Shown: one piece after another, positions 10,235 to 27,809 of the stretch | Numbering within the stretch: the stretch's first letter is position 1 | Layout of the letters: each line of letters begins with the position of its first letter | DNA from: the human T2T-CHM13v2.0 reference genome, Homo sapiens | Assembly (NCBI RefSeq): GCF_009914755.1 | Contig: NC_060933.1 | Direction: 5' to 3' (one strand) | Length of the DNA: 64,000 nucleotides | Position numbers and translations under genes: made by a program | Notes under the pieces: generated by a model | Told to the model about the DNA's origin: nothing | What the model saw: only the letters and a program-made list of their open reading frames with translations | Databases searched by the model: none

Positions 10235-12448
10235 GGGCCGGGGAACCTCGGGCTCAGCGGGCGCGCAGCGCGGAGAGCTGCGCCGAGGGGGACCACAGCC
10301 GCAGTGGGAGCAGAGGCTGCTGCAGGAGCAGGAGGAGAGCCGAGGCGCCGGCCCCGCCGCCCCGGGCCCGGCCTCAGCCCCCGCCCCCGGCCCGCGCGCA
10401 GCCCCGGCCTCCCTGGCTGCTGCCGCCGCTGCCTCGGAAGAAGGTCCCGACAAACTTGGAGAGGCCCCCGCCCCCTCCTTCTTCTCCTCCTCCCCCTCTT
10501 GGTAGTCCTCCTCCTCCTCTCCCTCCTCCTTGTCCTCCTCCCCCTCCAGCTGCAACGGCGGCCGCCCTGCCGCTGGAGCCCCGCTCGGTTCAAGATGAGT
10601 CATGCGTGACCAATCCCCTCCCCGCCAAGGGAGAGCAAGACACACACGACGAGGCAGAGACCCAGAGAGAGAGACACACACACAGACACAGAGACACACA
10701 GAAACTCAGAGCTGCCGACAGAGAGACTCGGAGACACGCCAGTACACAAAGGCACCGGCGGGCACACATCCACCCAGCTCTCACTACCGCTCCTCCCTCA
10801 AGGGGCACCCATCTTCCTCAGACACTGCCCCACTCACAGGTACAGGAGGGACCCATGGCCATACCATCTGCGGAGATAGATTCCGTAGGAGGTCACACGT
10901 TATTACACTGTGTTGATGCAATCCCATGCCTGGTACATTTGTGTACACACTAATGTAAGTGATTACCTGTTCACATCATTTACACGGGCACGAGGCACCA
11001 CACTTACTCTCACACACCTGCACAGATACCTCTGCTCTATAAGAACCAGACAGTGCACCAGCTCCCAGGGACTGAGGTGAAACGGGAGGGTAGTTTCCCT
11101 GAATTCTCTTGGAAGGGATTGCTTGGCACATTCCCCTTCCCTTCAGGATTTGCTTAACCACACAGTCCAATGCCCATCCCTTCTTCTCTAGGGTTCTACT
11201 GACAATGAGAATGGTAGGGAAGGCAGGAAGGCCCAGGCATTTAGACAGAAGACACTGCCCCCAGACACACAGACACAGAACCTTCAAACCCAAAGATGGA
11301 GCCTTACACACACTAACGCCCTGCAGCATACACAAGTGGACACTTAGAGTCTCAGCCCCCTTCTCCACACACAAACTGAGCCTAAAGAGACACATGTAAA
11401 CATACATCATCTAAAAACAAATAAGCACACTCAGACATAGATCCAGCCCTACAGACACCATGACAGCCTACCCTCACCACATCACACATGTCATCACCTC
11501 CATAATTGCCCTCATTTACAGATGTAAACACCCCCCCACACACAATTGTTCTTCCATTTGTACACACAGCCATACTCAAGAGGGCACAGATTTTCACAGA
11601 GCTCCAAACCCATGTATAACCTTATGTCCTCTACTCAGGCACCCTCAAATATGTACTTACATCCTTACAGATGGTGAGACAACTATTGATAGGCATTTAT
11701 AGGCAGACACATCACACACACTTCTGCAGCCATAGATTCCCAATAGTTATAGTCTCAGTTTGCACACACACAGGCAGGTTCTGACAGGCGCAGGTAGTAG
11801 AGGATGCCTGCACACCAACACGATACTAAAGATCCACACCCATATTCCCCAAAGATACAAATATCTGTTCCTTTACTGGCATCAAGGTACACAAAAATAG
11901 CCCCAGCCTCAGCTAATGGCATTTCCCGCCCTCTGCATCCCAGTCATTCATTGCTCTCAGACACAGAAATTCAGAGTGGAAAGAGTTTCTCTTTGAACCC
12001 TAATCTTTTATACGAAGAGAACAAGTTGCAATGTGAAAGCGGGTGAGGTGTATGCATAGGTACACATGTGTACACACATACACATGCATTCTCAAACATG
12101 AATACAGAAGAACAACCCCTCCCTCTCAAATATCTCCTTTGCACATAATAATTTCAGCTACTACTGGGATTATTCCCAGTTATTACAGCTACTAATCTGT
12201 GCCAGGCATGATACGAGGCATTTTACAATCGTGATCTCATTTTCTTTTCACAATAATCCCGTGAGGTAGCATCTCTCAGCGTGCTTGTTTTACTGATCAA
12301 GAGACTGAGGTTCAGAGAGTTCATGTGATATATCCAAAATGGTGCACATGGCTAATTGCCAGAACCAAGGACTTAAAACCACATTCATCTCACATTAGAG
12401 CTCATACTCTTGATTTCTAGGCTGCAGACATGACCATGTTTACTTTCT

Positions 12449-12461
12449 GCACACACACATG

Positions 12462-12496
<35 letters not shown>

Positions 12497-12502
12497 ACAC
12501 AC
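12449..12502 (+). repeat. Interrupted (CA)n microsatellite
   Basis: Direct reading. Confidence 0.9.
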
Positions 12503-13208
12503 TCCACATTATCTGTTAAAAGACCTGGATGTGACTCCCAGCCTCACCACTTATAGGCTCAGCCTGTTTTCTCATCGGCAAAATGGGAATAACAATAGGA
12601 CCTGCTTTACCTCCTTCTCTTCCTCCCCTTTGGGTGGCTGGGGGAATTGAAAGGTTAATAAACGTTATAGAATGCTGCACATATGCCAGATTTGTGAGTG
12701 CAGAAGGGCCCCAGGAAAGAAGACCATGAAGATCGTACTGGCTTTGCAAAACTTCTTAGACATGAGCCATGGAAGAGGCTTGAGCTAAAACTAAAGGGCA
12801 GGTGAAATTTGGATGGGTTCAGGGAGAAGAAGAAAGTATTTCAGGTAGAGAGAGGACCACAAAGGTTCAGAGGCTGGACAAACAAGCTGCTGCACTCTAA
12901 TGAGGGGGAATGTGAAGCATGTGCTCCTAGAGTGATAACAATAATAACTATTTATTGAGCATTTATGTGCTAAGCCCTTTGTTGTTTACACGCATTATCC
13001 TCTTTAATCCTTGCAACTACCCTACAAAAAGGTTATATTATTATCTTTCTTTTATAGTTGAGGAAACAAGCTTACAGGAGTCCCATCTGAAGCTCTGGCA
13101 CTCAGATTTTAGAACCCAAACTCTTACCTACTATGCAATTCTGCTCCTGAATTCTGATTAAGTGCTCAGATAATAAAAACTGGAGTAAGAGGCAGTAAAG
13201 TCAGTAGT

Positions 13209-15367
<2,159 letters not shown>

Positions 15368-15489
15368 AGCTTCAAAGTATATGGCAAAGCAATATTGCAT
15401 ACCTCAAAGCATATTGCAAATGTGAACAATTATAGTTACTGGAAGTCCCCTTCCAGGAAGCTCTGACATTCGCTAAGTAAGTTCAGGTC

Positions 15490-15900
15490 AGCAGACATTT
15501 GTGAAGCATTTACTCCATACCAGGTTCCACACTAGGCCCAGGAAATAGAGGAAGCTGTCCTTGTCCCTGCCCTTGAGGAGCCCACAGTCTCTTAAGAGAG
15601 AAGAAAGCCAGCAACTCAGTGCAGTGTGACAGGTGCTACAAAGGGTGCTATAGAAGCAAGGAGGAGGGTCACTTAACCTGGCTTATGGGTGGTGGATCAG
15701 GAAGGCTTCCTAGAGGAGGTGACGTTTCAGATAAGTCCTGAAGGATGAGTAAGTACAGACAGGCAAGAGCAGAAAGGAGTTGGACCAGGATAAAGAGTGG
15801 CGGCCCAGTTAGTGTTTGCTGGGGCAACAAAGGGAGATGAGGCTAGGGAAGTAGACAGGAGCCAGATTGTGGGGAGCTGAGTGTTGACGAGGTTAGATTC
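15490..15900. mobile_element. L2 LINE relic
   Basis: gtccctgcccttgaggagc.cacagtct...ggaaggcttcctagaggaggtgac pattern. Confidence 0.65.
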
Positions 15901-16705
15901 ATCTTGGAAGCTGGAGTCTACAAGCCTACAGTGACACAGGAAGCAGCATCCTGCAGGAGTTGCACAGCACAGTGGTTAAGGATTCCGGGGTTGGAGCCAG
16001 GTGGCCTATATTGATAACCTGACCCTGTTACACACTGGTTGGGGGGCCGAAGGCAAGTCACAAACTCTATGAGCCTTAGTTCCCTCAACCGTAAAATGGG
16101 GATTAATAGATAACCCATTGACAAGTGCTGTGATGATACCAGGAGACCATGATGCATCTACGAGTTAAGTTCTTGGCCACCAAGAGACATTGTTATCACT
16201 GTTACCACTAAGAAGATGAGGTAATGGTCACACAGAAGGCACTAGCTAAGTGGGGATCCTCAAGGTGCTAGATGTTCCCTCCTCAGAGAATTCTACCCTG
16301 ACCACATGATTGAAAATAAATCTCCCGTATTAATCTTTTTCCAGCAGAGGGTAGATACAGCTTACACATAGCCTCACAAATAGTCTTCTATAGAATGCCA
16401 AGGAATTTCAACTTCAAAATAGGAACTATGAGGGGCTTGTCAGCATGGAGATGACATGGTGAAGTTGGAGATTTGGAAAGATGACTTAAGTAGTTGGTTT
16501 GAAGATAGATTTGAAGGGGTAAGTACTTAATTGATTGCAGCAATACTGAACGTTTATTAACTAGTAATCTAAGGGAGAAGGAATGAGGCAGCTGCAGGAA
16601 CAAGGAGGATGAACAGAAATAAAATAATTAAAAGTTTATTATTTTACTTTATTATGTTGTATATCATCATATACATATCTACAACACATCCAGTTTTCTA
16701 ATCAT

Positions 16706-17311
<606 letters not shown>

Positions 17312-18749
17312 AACTTTACATATTAAGGTTATATATAGAATCATATATATGTAGTATATATGGTATAAATACATACAAATGTATCATATATGATATCATC
17401 AGCTATATAACATTTAGGAGACTGGATATAGGGAGTGGGGGAGTGGAAAATGTTCAAGATAACTCTCAGGTTTCTAATAGTTTATTTTATTTTTCCCAGT
17501 GACACAGAACATGGGAGCAATTGAGGAAGGGCAAGAGGGATCCATGAGCTCGGTTTTGAGTCAATGTACCAAGGGAATATTCAAGTGGAAGTGCCCAGGA
17601 GTGAACGGGACATATGGCTCTGCAGCTCAGAAGAGAGCCTGGATCTAAGAGAAGGAATTTCAGAGATATCAGGGTAGGGATAGCAGCGGAAGCCTTGGAA
17701 GTGGAGATTTTACAGCAGCTGGAATTTACCCCATCTATGAGAAGAGAGTTGGCTTGTTTGCTTTCTGGGAGGTAATTTGCCCCTGAAACTCATCTTACTT
17801 TTGGTGAGAATCGTTTTTTAAATTATAAAGCACATTATATGTAGTGATAAGTGCTAAAACAGACCCAGGTCGTTAAGACGCAGAAAGGCAATTAACTGCC
17901 TTATAGGAATGAGCATGGGTGGGAAAATATCTGTTAGACAAGTGGTGGGGGTGGGCAGAAGGGACTTCCCAGGTAGAAGGCACATCTTGTACAAGGACAG
18001 GGGAATCCAGGAGAGTCCATCATGTTTAGGGTGCACAAATAGTTTAGTCTGGTTAGGAGAATGCCTAGTGGGACTGATTTGTAGAAGGCCTCATAAACCT
18101 GGCTTATCCTATGGGTCTAGGTATTTGGAAGTATCTTAACTCCTTACTTAGATTAAATCTTAATATCTCTCACTTTGGGGCTTTGTTCTTTGTTCAACGT
18201 CCCCCTTAAACCGTTTACGCAGCTTATTAAACATCGTTTGGCCGCTCAGCTCGGGGGGAAATCACCTATGTCACCATGTCCCATTCCCAGCCTGGTTCCC
18301 ATCCTCTGGTGTCTTGAAGCTGCTGAGTCGTCCCTTTATCACGGTACATCACAGTGCACAGGGCTCCTGCCTCATCATCTTTACACCCTCCACGCATCAC
18401 ACATGGCAAATGCCATCTGTTTCAGGAATGAGTAACCTTCCTTCTGATGAGGTCGCCCACCAGAAAGCTTCTCAAATGGGATAGGCCTGTTTTCAGAAGA
18501 GGAACACATAATTTGTTTTTTAAGGTGAAAATTTAAAATTATGCTTCTAGTTTAGAAAAGTCACAGGGCATGTAAAAATTAAATGTCATTCAGCATAATC
18601 AGTAATCCTAGCCAAGTTTAAGATTGAATGCAGAGGAAAGAAGACACAGACCTGCGTACTCGGATAAATTCTGACAGATCTGTTTTTTTTGGGTTTTTGT
18701 TTTTTTCTTTTTAACCTGGGATTCAAGAGGTCTCTCCAGAGACCACAAG

Positions 18750-18925
18750 GAAGAGCCTGCTTGAGAATGAAACCAACCCAGAGGAAAACACAATCAAGAG
18801 ATAGACAGAATCCTAACCATTTCACTGAACACCTGGACTTCTCAGTTACATGAACCAATACATGTTCTACCGCAAGGGAGTTGGAGTAGTGTTTTTGTCA
18901 CTTGAGCTGGGAGTCCTGACAAATC
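18750..18925. mobile_element. MLT1-type (MaLR) LTR fragment
   Basis: gagagcctgc.tgagaatgaa.ccaac...ctggacttctcagttacatgaaccaata...gtcacttg motif pattern, judged by eye. Confidence 0.6.
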
Positions 18926-19219
18926 TGCTTACATAGCTGGGGCTACAAGTCTAAATCTGAAGCCCAAGTTCTTACGGCCTTAGTTTCCTCACAGGGACAA
19001 TGAGAGGATTTAGCCCACATTGATAGCCTTAAGCAGTACAGTGATGCCACTAGGGCTGGCACAGCCAGTTCTCTATCCCAAAAGATGTGTAAGGGGTCAG
19101 AGACATTGACTAAGAAACAATATTCGGTGCACATCATTCTGACATCTGTTGCTTTTATTCTCTGCATTAATACCAGAATTTTAGAAAACACATTTCCAGT
19201 CATGGAATATTGTTTAGAG

Positions 19220-19535
19220 TAGGGTTTGGCAAATTTTTCCTGTAAAGGGACCGATAGTATATATTTCAGGTTTTGTAGGCCACAGTCTTCATTGCCAACT
19301 ATTCAACTCTTCTATTATATGGGGAAAACAGCCACATGTAAATGCCTGGGCATGGTTGTGTTCTAATAGTTATTAACATACACTGAGATTTGAATTTCGT
19401 ATCATTTTCATGTCACAATATAGTATATATATTTTGTTTACTTTTTTTCTCAACCACTCGAAAATGAAAAAAAAATCATTCTTAACTTGTAGGCTATACA
19501 AAATTAGGAGGCAGAGGCCAGTTTGCTGAACACTG
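19220..19535. mobile_element. MER58B-like hAT-Charlie MITE
   Basis: Ends agggtttggcaaa / tttgctgaacactg, internal ctgtaaaggg...ggccacagtc..caactattcaactct; NTCTAGAN-like flanks gtttagag/gactagat. Confidence 0.75.
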
Positions 19536-19704
19536 GACTAGATGTTTGCAGGCCTGGGTTCTACCTAAAGCTCTCCCATTAACCAGGTGACCCTGGCCAA
19601 ATCGCTTTGTCTCTCTGGGTTCCCGTTTTCCCCATCTGGACAATGAGGGGGCTATATGAGATGGTCTCTTAAGGCCCTTTGGCTCTCAAATACCAGAATT
19701 CTTG

Positions 19705-20480
19705 TAGTTTATCCAACAAATATTTATTGAGTATGTATGATGTACAGCCATTGTTTTAAATGCTGAGGGTATAGCAGTGATATACAGTTCCTGCTTACAT
19801 GAAACTTACATTCCAATAAAAAGAGACAAAAAAAAATTTAGATATAATGTTGGTTAGCGGTAAGTGCTTTTGAGAAAATCGTGAGGAAAGGATTGGAGAG
19901 TGACAGGTTGTAATTTTAAGAGGGAGGCCGGGGACTGCCTCTTGATCATTAACATTTGAGCAGAGACATGAGTCAGGTGAGAGAGCGGGCTCTGCGGCTA
20001 TCTGGAGAAAGAGCGTTCTAAGCTAAGGCAACAGCCAATGTAAATGCCTTGAAGTAGAAGCTCCCTTGTATTCAAAGAATAGCAAGAAGGCCAACGTGGC
20101 TGCAGTACACCGCACAAGGGGAGAACAGTAGGCTATAGGGTCAGACACGTAGTGAAGGACAGGTCATTAGGGCCTTACAGATCTTTCAATTTTTTCTAGG
20201 CTGTGATGGAAAGCCACAAAGAAGAGAATCACATTTTAAAATAATTTTTTTAAAAATTGCTTTGGCTACTGTGTGGAAAACGGACCCTAAAGAATCAATA
20301 GCAGAGGCAGGGAGATAATTAGGAAGGTATTGTAATAGTCCAGGGAAGAGATGATGGTGGCTTTAAGAAAAATGGTGGTAGTGTTGGAGGTGGTGAGATG
20401 GCTGGATTCAAGAGGCATTTGGAAGGTAGAGTTGACAGGATTTGTTGAAGAACTAGATAGGAGCTGGAGAGAAAAAGAGA
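19705..20480. mobile_element. L2 LINE relic
   Basis: atccaacaaatatttattgag 3'-end motif followed by typical L2 purine-rich sequence. Confidence 0.7.
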
Positions 20481-20714
20481 AAACAGGGATAAGCATGCTG
20501 GGACTAAATCATATTTTAGGAACAAATGATTACATATAGGAAATGTTTGACATTTAATTTATAAGGCAAGAATTACTCCTGTTCTTTTATGTAGTAGTAT
20601 AAAAGAATCACAGATATATTTGTTGATTCAGAAACTGTGCATATCTTAATAAACAAGAGACAGAGCTGCAGAATACCTGGTTTCATACAACTTGTGCAAC
20701 TGATTTTTGACCTG

Positions 20715-20837
20715 TTTTGTTTTTGTTTTTTTTTTGAGACGGTGTCTCACTCTGTTGCCCAGGCTGGAGTGCAGTGGCACAATCTCGGCTCACTGGAACC
20801 TCTACCTCCTGGGTTCAAGCGATTCTTGTGCCTCAGC
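20715..20837 (-). mobile_element. Truncated Alu right arm inside the RBM18 3'UTR
   Basis: T tail followed by gagacggtgtctcactctgttgcccaggctggagtgcagtgg, ending abruptly. Confidence 0.9.
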
Positions 20838-23386
20838 TGACATGCTTTGAAAAATCTTTCCTCATGTGATACTCCTCCCCAGTACTAAGATACCAATTAT
20901 AGAAAATCAACTGGTTAGGATTACATTTTGCATTTGATAAAATAGGAATTGAGATGAAGAAAATAGTTCATACGTCTCTCCTCAGTATTTCCTTCAATTC
21001 TTCACTCTTGTATATAAATCAAAATTATAAGTGACATAATTTTAGCAAACCAAAATAACCAGTAAACCAAAGAATAATTTTACTTAAAGTACAGACAACC
21101 TCCTAACAAAGAGTTGACCAAGTTAACACCTGAAATTTAAAAACCTTTCATCAGACTGCTTTCAGCATATTTAGGATACATACATTTCTTCTTTTGAAAT
21201 CTCTACCATGAGAGACTAAACACAGTACGATACTTGCAGAGATTTCCATTAACAACTTCTTTTCAAATAGTGACATTTGCAATGGAAACAGCTGGTCTCT
21301 ATTCTCATCTCTAACAACAGAGGTAGGCAGGCATAAAGGGTAAAGAGAGTTGCCTCTCAGTTTGACTCTCTAGCCAGAACCCTCTGCAGAGAAGGCACTT
21401 AGAAGAAGCACCCCACGTGGACATGCTGGCCAGAGTCCTGAGTGGAAACAAGCCTGTCAGAGAACTGCAATCTATGCCAGTAAGTGAACGAGAGAAGATA
21501 TAACCACACGGACACCGTCTTACATTTATTCACACAGAGGGATAAGAATCAGTACAAATAATAAACAGTGCTTTAAATACAAATAAATAGCTCTGGTTTC
21601 TAAAGGAAACAACTCTATATATAATTCTAAGTTTTTTCTAAGTTCCTATTAAAAATAGAAGACTATTTTGCACTATGTAAGTTCTAGTCCACCATAATCC
21701 TTTGAAGACTTACGGATAAAATGGTGAATTCTATACTCCAAGAAGTCACCAGAAAAATGGGAGATAATGCTCCTACCTCTCTGAACTATCCCCCAAATAG
21801 GAGGAGAGTTACTTGCATCATAGACAGACACAGCTAATACATACAGAAAGTATTTGATGTCTAGAGATATTTAAAAAGATTAACCTTGGGAAAAGTAAAA
21901 AGAATTTCCTTAAACCAGTTTTATGAATTCTAAAACCTCCCTCTACTGAAGTTTTGATTCAAATGTCTTAAATTCATTTATACTCATGGGAAGATGTTAA
22001 GTTCCTATATTGAAAGCTTCCTCTTGCTAACAACGATAGTGATAAACATTCTGTCATCACCAAGAATGGCACCTGGAGTAACAAAGTGATACATACCTGG
22101 TAAAGGAGCAAAGGTGCTGCCCAATTAAACAGTATGTCAAACTTGGCATCAAAATGACCAAAATGTGCTGAAGAAACACATCCCTAAATCTGTTGGTTGA
22201 CTTATCTTTCTCTATTGTTATATTCAGGATGCTTAGAGTGACAAACATATCTAGAGGCAAGTATGTTCTCCAAGTGAAGAATCATTTCCAAGGCATGCAG
22301 TCCTTTAAAACTACCTACCACACAGAGTCATTACAGTCTTGGTGCCACAGTGGCATCTGTTCCATTGACTTTCTGTGCCCACTGCATGTCCTCTCCTCGT
22401 CCTGCACAAGATAATGCAAACTCTTCCACTTAGACCGCTACACAATTATTAGAAAATTGTATGTTTGATAGTGACCAATATAGCAATGTTTAGGTTTTCA
22501 AAGAAATTTTGCTTTTTCTATTTAGACTGACCATGATATAATTCCAAACAGAACATTCTCATGCTATAAAAACAATCCCATGCAATAAATGTAATTTTAA
22601 AAGTCCCATGATAATAGCAACATTTGTTATTATAGAAGGCATGGTTATTTAGATTTGAAAAAAATGGTTGCTATAGAATAAAAGTTCAATTTCCAAATAG
22701 AACTTGTGTTGTGGTATAAAATGTTAAATTTGATTCTAGTTTTGTCAACACGAACAATTTTAAGATATACACCATGTTTTCCTAGTTGGGATTTTGAAAC
22801 AATAAGCATAATTCTTAAACAGATTACTACAACATTTGTTCAAAGAATCAGCTCCTTTTTGCCAAGAACTTTCTCTTTTTCAGTCCAGTTGGAGGGATTG
22901 CCATAGTAAATTCTGGAACAACAGTTCTGAACATGATTTAAAATCTGTCTCTCACTTCCCTCCCTGCCTTTTACTTTTTCTTTATGTTGTAAAAGACACA
23001 CGAGCGTAGAAAAATGCTCAATTTTTTAATAGATGTTAATATTTTTAGTTTCCTGATTTAAATAATATTTTGTGTATTTGCCTTTTGCTCTGGCACACTA
23101 TAGAATGTTTCTGGAGTTACAAATCCAAACCAACCAGCCAATTAGAGCATCCCAGGGTTCAAATCACAATTTGGGATACAACGCTATTTATTCTGGATGA
23201 TGCTCAATTCCATACATAGTTTAGGGAAGAAACATCCATAAGAACATCCAAAAACATTATGTTACCAAATGCTAACATGTGATTGTGCTCCGTTGAATAG
23301 TACCATTCACATCTACAAAGTACACAGGCAGACGATTTTAGGTGTGGAGACCAATTTGCTTTTGCTGCTACAGTAATTCACAACCA

Positions 23387-23546
23387 TCATCTTCGAGATT
23401 TCCATGCTGTTCTAGAATATGGAGTAGTCCTTTTTTTATCTGGTGGCTTAAAGTAGGAATAAACAGGCGCTGCTGGATACTCTGCATCAGGATTTTCCGC
23501 CATCATTTTCAGTTTTGCTTCAATGGCTTTTATCTTTGCAGTGACA
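23387..23546 (-). CDS. RBM18: RBM18 last coding exon ([23 protein letters not shown]...[10 protein letters not shown])
   Basis: ccag|T acceptor, TGA at 23389-23387; exon lengths sum 113+127+87+86+160=573 nt = 190 aa + stop. Confidence 0.96.
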
Positions 23547-24166
23547 CTGGAAAAATAATAGCAGAGGATCAGAGTGGGCCTAGGTATATTCAGAAAATAG
23601 CTGTACAGTTCCTCTCCTTGAGCCTCTTGGGAATATTAGAGACGCAACAAGATACTAAATTACAGACATTTAAACATTTTATATAAAAGCCAGAAATAAC
23701 TAATTCTCTCATTCTAAGAAACAGATCAAGTCTGAGCCATCTATTAAGTTTTTAACATAAGCCTGGACATTGTTGGGAGTACTTCATATAGTTCTACATT
23801 TAATCCTCAGACGCAGACACTGTTAGCACCTTAATGCTTGGCAGAGAGTAGGTACTAAAAATAATTCTTTTAGAATTGAAAACAACATTATAAGATAGGT
23901 TATATTCCTTATTTTGCAGATGATGTAACTGAGGCACAGAAAGGTTCATTTGCCCAATGTTACACAGCAAGTAAACGATAGAGCAGAGATTTGAATACAA
24001 ACTGACTCAAAAGCCCAGGTTTCACCTGAATCACTGAATAAAAATGGAAAAAAAACATTCTGGAAATCCTATACAATCTCTTTTTACTGATGAATGCATG
24101 TTAATAAAAACTATCATTTACAAAGTGCTTACAATGAGCCAGGCACAGTGCATTTTACTTATACTG

Positions 24167-24775
<609 letters not shown>

Positions 24776-26757
24776 ACTTATAATGTTTTTAATCCTTGCA
24801 ATGGCTCTACATGGGTTATCATGCATGTTTTATAGATACAGAAACAAATGCAGAGGTGGTGATATGATCAAGGTTCACACAGTTAACAAACTGTAGTGAG
24901 GATTCAACTCATCACCAAAGCCCTCATTTTTTCTTCTCCATCAAGTTAAGAGCTGAATAGTCCTATATTGTACAGGAAGGGAGAGGAGATCTTAGAGAAG
25001 TTGCGAGGAATTTGCTTTTGATTGAGATCATTGCTATCCCTGGATCAGAATGCAGAGCACTCAGGGAGTAGGTATTTTTTGGCCTATGGCTACCTTCATT
25101 TTCCATTCTTGATGCGTTAATGGTCTATGGCCAGTGAGAGAAACTTGGAAGGAGTATATACATGGGCTTTTGGAGATCCTCGAAAGGTATACATGGGCGA
25201 GAAATTTAAAAACTAAGTTACAAGAAAAAGAACACTGATATATTACCGAGATGCATTCTGGCCCCTCTTCCATTAATGCCACAGCTGGTCACTGATTTTG
25301 TATAAGTCACAGGGAAGCAACCTTCTCTCATTAGGCATAGATGTTAATAGAGAGATGTAAGCTGAGGTCCTCTGGATAAAAAAATAGATGGAAAACCCTA
25401 GGCTATCTTGTAAACAAGTGGCATATACAAATCATAAGAAACTAAAGACATGTTCATTGTAACATGAAGACCACCAAGCATAAATGCAGTCATCTCTTTC
25501 AAATAGGAGTTAGTTAGATTTATGAAAACCTTCATGGAAATCAATCTGTGATCAAGGAGGTTCAAATCTTATGAGGAAAATAACACAGTGGATATATGCT
25601 CCCAGTGACTCTACAGAAGTCCCTTAATTCCCTAGAGCACGAAATAAAAAAAAAAATCATATTAAACTTAAATGAATAACTATAAAATGAATTTAAATTT
25701 ACCAATTTACCATTCCTGAAAACATTTCAGGAACACCTTCCCTTGGGTTTAATGAGATGCTTGTAAATCTGTTTTGTTTGGTGCAGATAATATACAAGAA
25801 AGGCATTTATTTCCCCTGCTTGGTACTCCACCCAAATAGGCATCACTTTCCTGACTTTAGAATTGTTGGTTTCTGATCCTTATGTATCACTGATGCTCCT
25901 TCACGTATTTTCTTCCCCTGCCCCGGAACAGGTTTTAGTCCTGCATTTACAGCCTGGGGCTTCTTTGAAGTAGTAACTACAAGACTGAATTTTGAGGTCT
26001 AATAGACCTGGCTTTAAATCCTGAGTGTTATTTGCCATCTGTGTGATCTCAGCCATAAGTAAATGACACACTGCAAATAAAGTGTTTAGCACAGTGCCTG
26101 CTTCAGCGTAAGCTCAATAAATCCTGGCTATTGTTATTGTTATTGCTAAAATGTCTCCCTAGGCTACAAGGCAAAACAAAACAAAACAAAAAACAAACAA
26201 ACAAAAAACCCACCTTCTACTTCTGCTCAACCATCCACTTAACTTCCCCTTCCTCTACCCAACCCTTAGTTCTCCTGTTTTAAACTTCAAATAACTAACA
26301 ATTTGTACAAACTAGAACCAAAACTGTTATGGCTGTTGCAATGGTACATAGAATCAAACATCTGCAAACTAAAATTTTGTATAAGGGAACTTAAGATTGG
26401 GGAAAAATTAGTATATAATGACAAATGCCAAAGAGACCCAAGGCCTTATTAAAATGCTTGTTTTTAGGGTAATGACTGACCTGTCTTTGTAATTTTAGTG
26501 CCAAGCACAAGGGTTGGTGTGTAGTAGCTACACCCAGTCTTTTTCGAGGGAATGATTCTGTAAATGGGGAGTATATGACCTTAGGTGGATGGAAGGAGAG
26601 GAAATGTATACATTCTGGAGACTAACTGAACATCTCTCTTGTCAAGTTAATAAATTCTAAGAGTCTGAAGACTCACTATTTTATGAACGAAGACATGGAA
26701 TAATGAAATGGCTGAAGCTCCTGAATTACTGTGTCTTTCTATAGTACATCATCTTAC

Positions 26758-26843
26758 CTTAGGTTAGACTGAGTAGGCTCAGTGCTTGAGGATGGCTCGA
26801 GACTGATTGGAAGAATCTTATCATTCTTGTTATGATCATATCT
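26758..26843 (-). CDS. RBM18: RBM18 exon 5 ([29 protein letters not shown])
   Basis: cag|AGA acceptor, AG|gtaaga donor, 86 nt. Confidence 0.96.
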
Positions 26844-27197
26844 CTGAAAATGAGAAATAGAGAAATTACTTCACATGGGCAGAAACCAGCCCTTTACTGT
26901 AGTGGATGGGTTCAGAAACTAATACCATCAGTATATCATCAGCTTACTTCTAGACAATTTTAGGACCACTTTACACTTAGAATTAATGAAAAACTTCACA
27001 TGGTTTTGGCCTAAAAGCTGTAAGTTTAGAAAAAGAAGCTTCCATCCAGCCATCAGTTCCTCCTTATTTGGTAGGAAAAAAATGTCAACTTTCAATATCT
27101 CAGATGGTACAAACATACAGGAGGGTGGCCTTCTTATATTCTTAACTGTCACATATCACCTCTTACAATATTTATTTTATTAAAAATACTTTAAACT

Positions 27198-27550
<353 letters not shown>

Positions 27551-27660
27551 TTAACAGGCCTGAGTGAAGAATAAAAGTTGTAACAGCTTTCAGTTGTTGA
27601 TACAGAAAACATTCTACAGTAAAGTAGTAGTTTAATTTGATGCCAGATAATTACATACTT

Positions 27661-27809
27661 TTTTATTCTTTTAAAATTTTATTAGAAAAAATAAAGACAG
27701 GGTCTTACTATGTTGCATAGGCTGGTCTTGAACTCCTGGGCTGAAGTGATCCTCCTGCCTCAGCCTCCCAAAGTGCTGGGATTACAGGCATGAGCCACCA
27801 TGCCTAGCC
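27661..27809 (-). mobile_element. FLAM/monomeric Alu
   Basis: Left monomer only; 16-bp TSD agataattacatactt at 27645-27660 and 27810-27825. Confidence 0.9.

Larger units (their letters stand above)
6950..10760. promoter_or_regulatory. Large CpG island over the LHX6 promoter(s) and exons 1-4
   Basis: Very high GC and CpG density; CCAAT at 10610-10614 and TGAGTCA at 10596-10602 upstream of exon 1. Confidence 0.9.
19135..23386 (-). other. RBM18: RBM18 3'UTR (extent inferred) with candidate polyadenylation signals
   Basis: Minus-strand AATAAA at 23192-23187, 21530-21525 and 19159-19154; AT-rich and repeat-poor over 20900-23386. Confidence 0.6.

Noticed and set aside
9646-10953. 435-aa antisense ORF across the LHX6 promoter
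   Set aside because: Starts at TTG, Pro/Arg/Ala low-complexity product, no domain; expected in stop-poor CpG-island DNA opposite a real open frame
22057-22260. 67-aa sense ORF in the RBM18 3'UTR
   Set aside because: Length within chance expectation, no domain or splice context; would need Ribo-seq support
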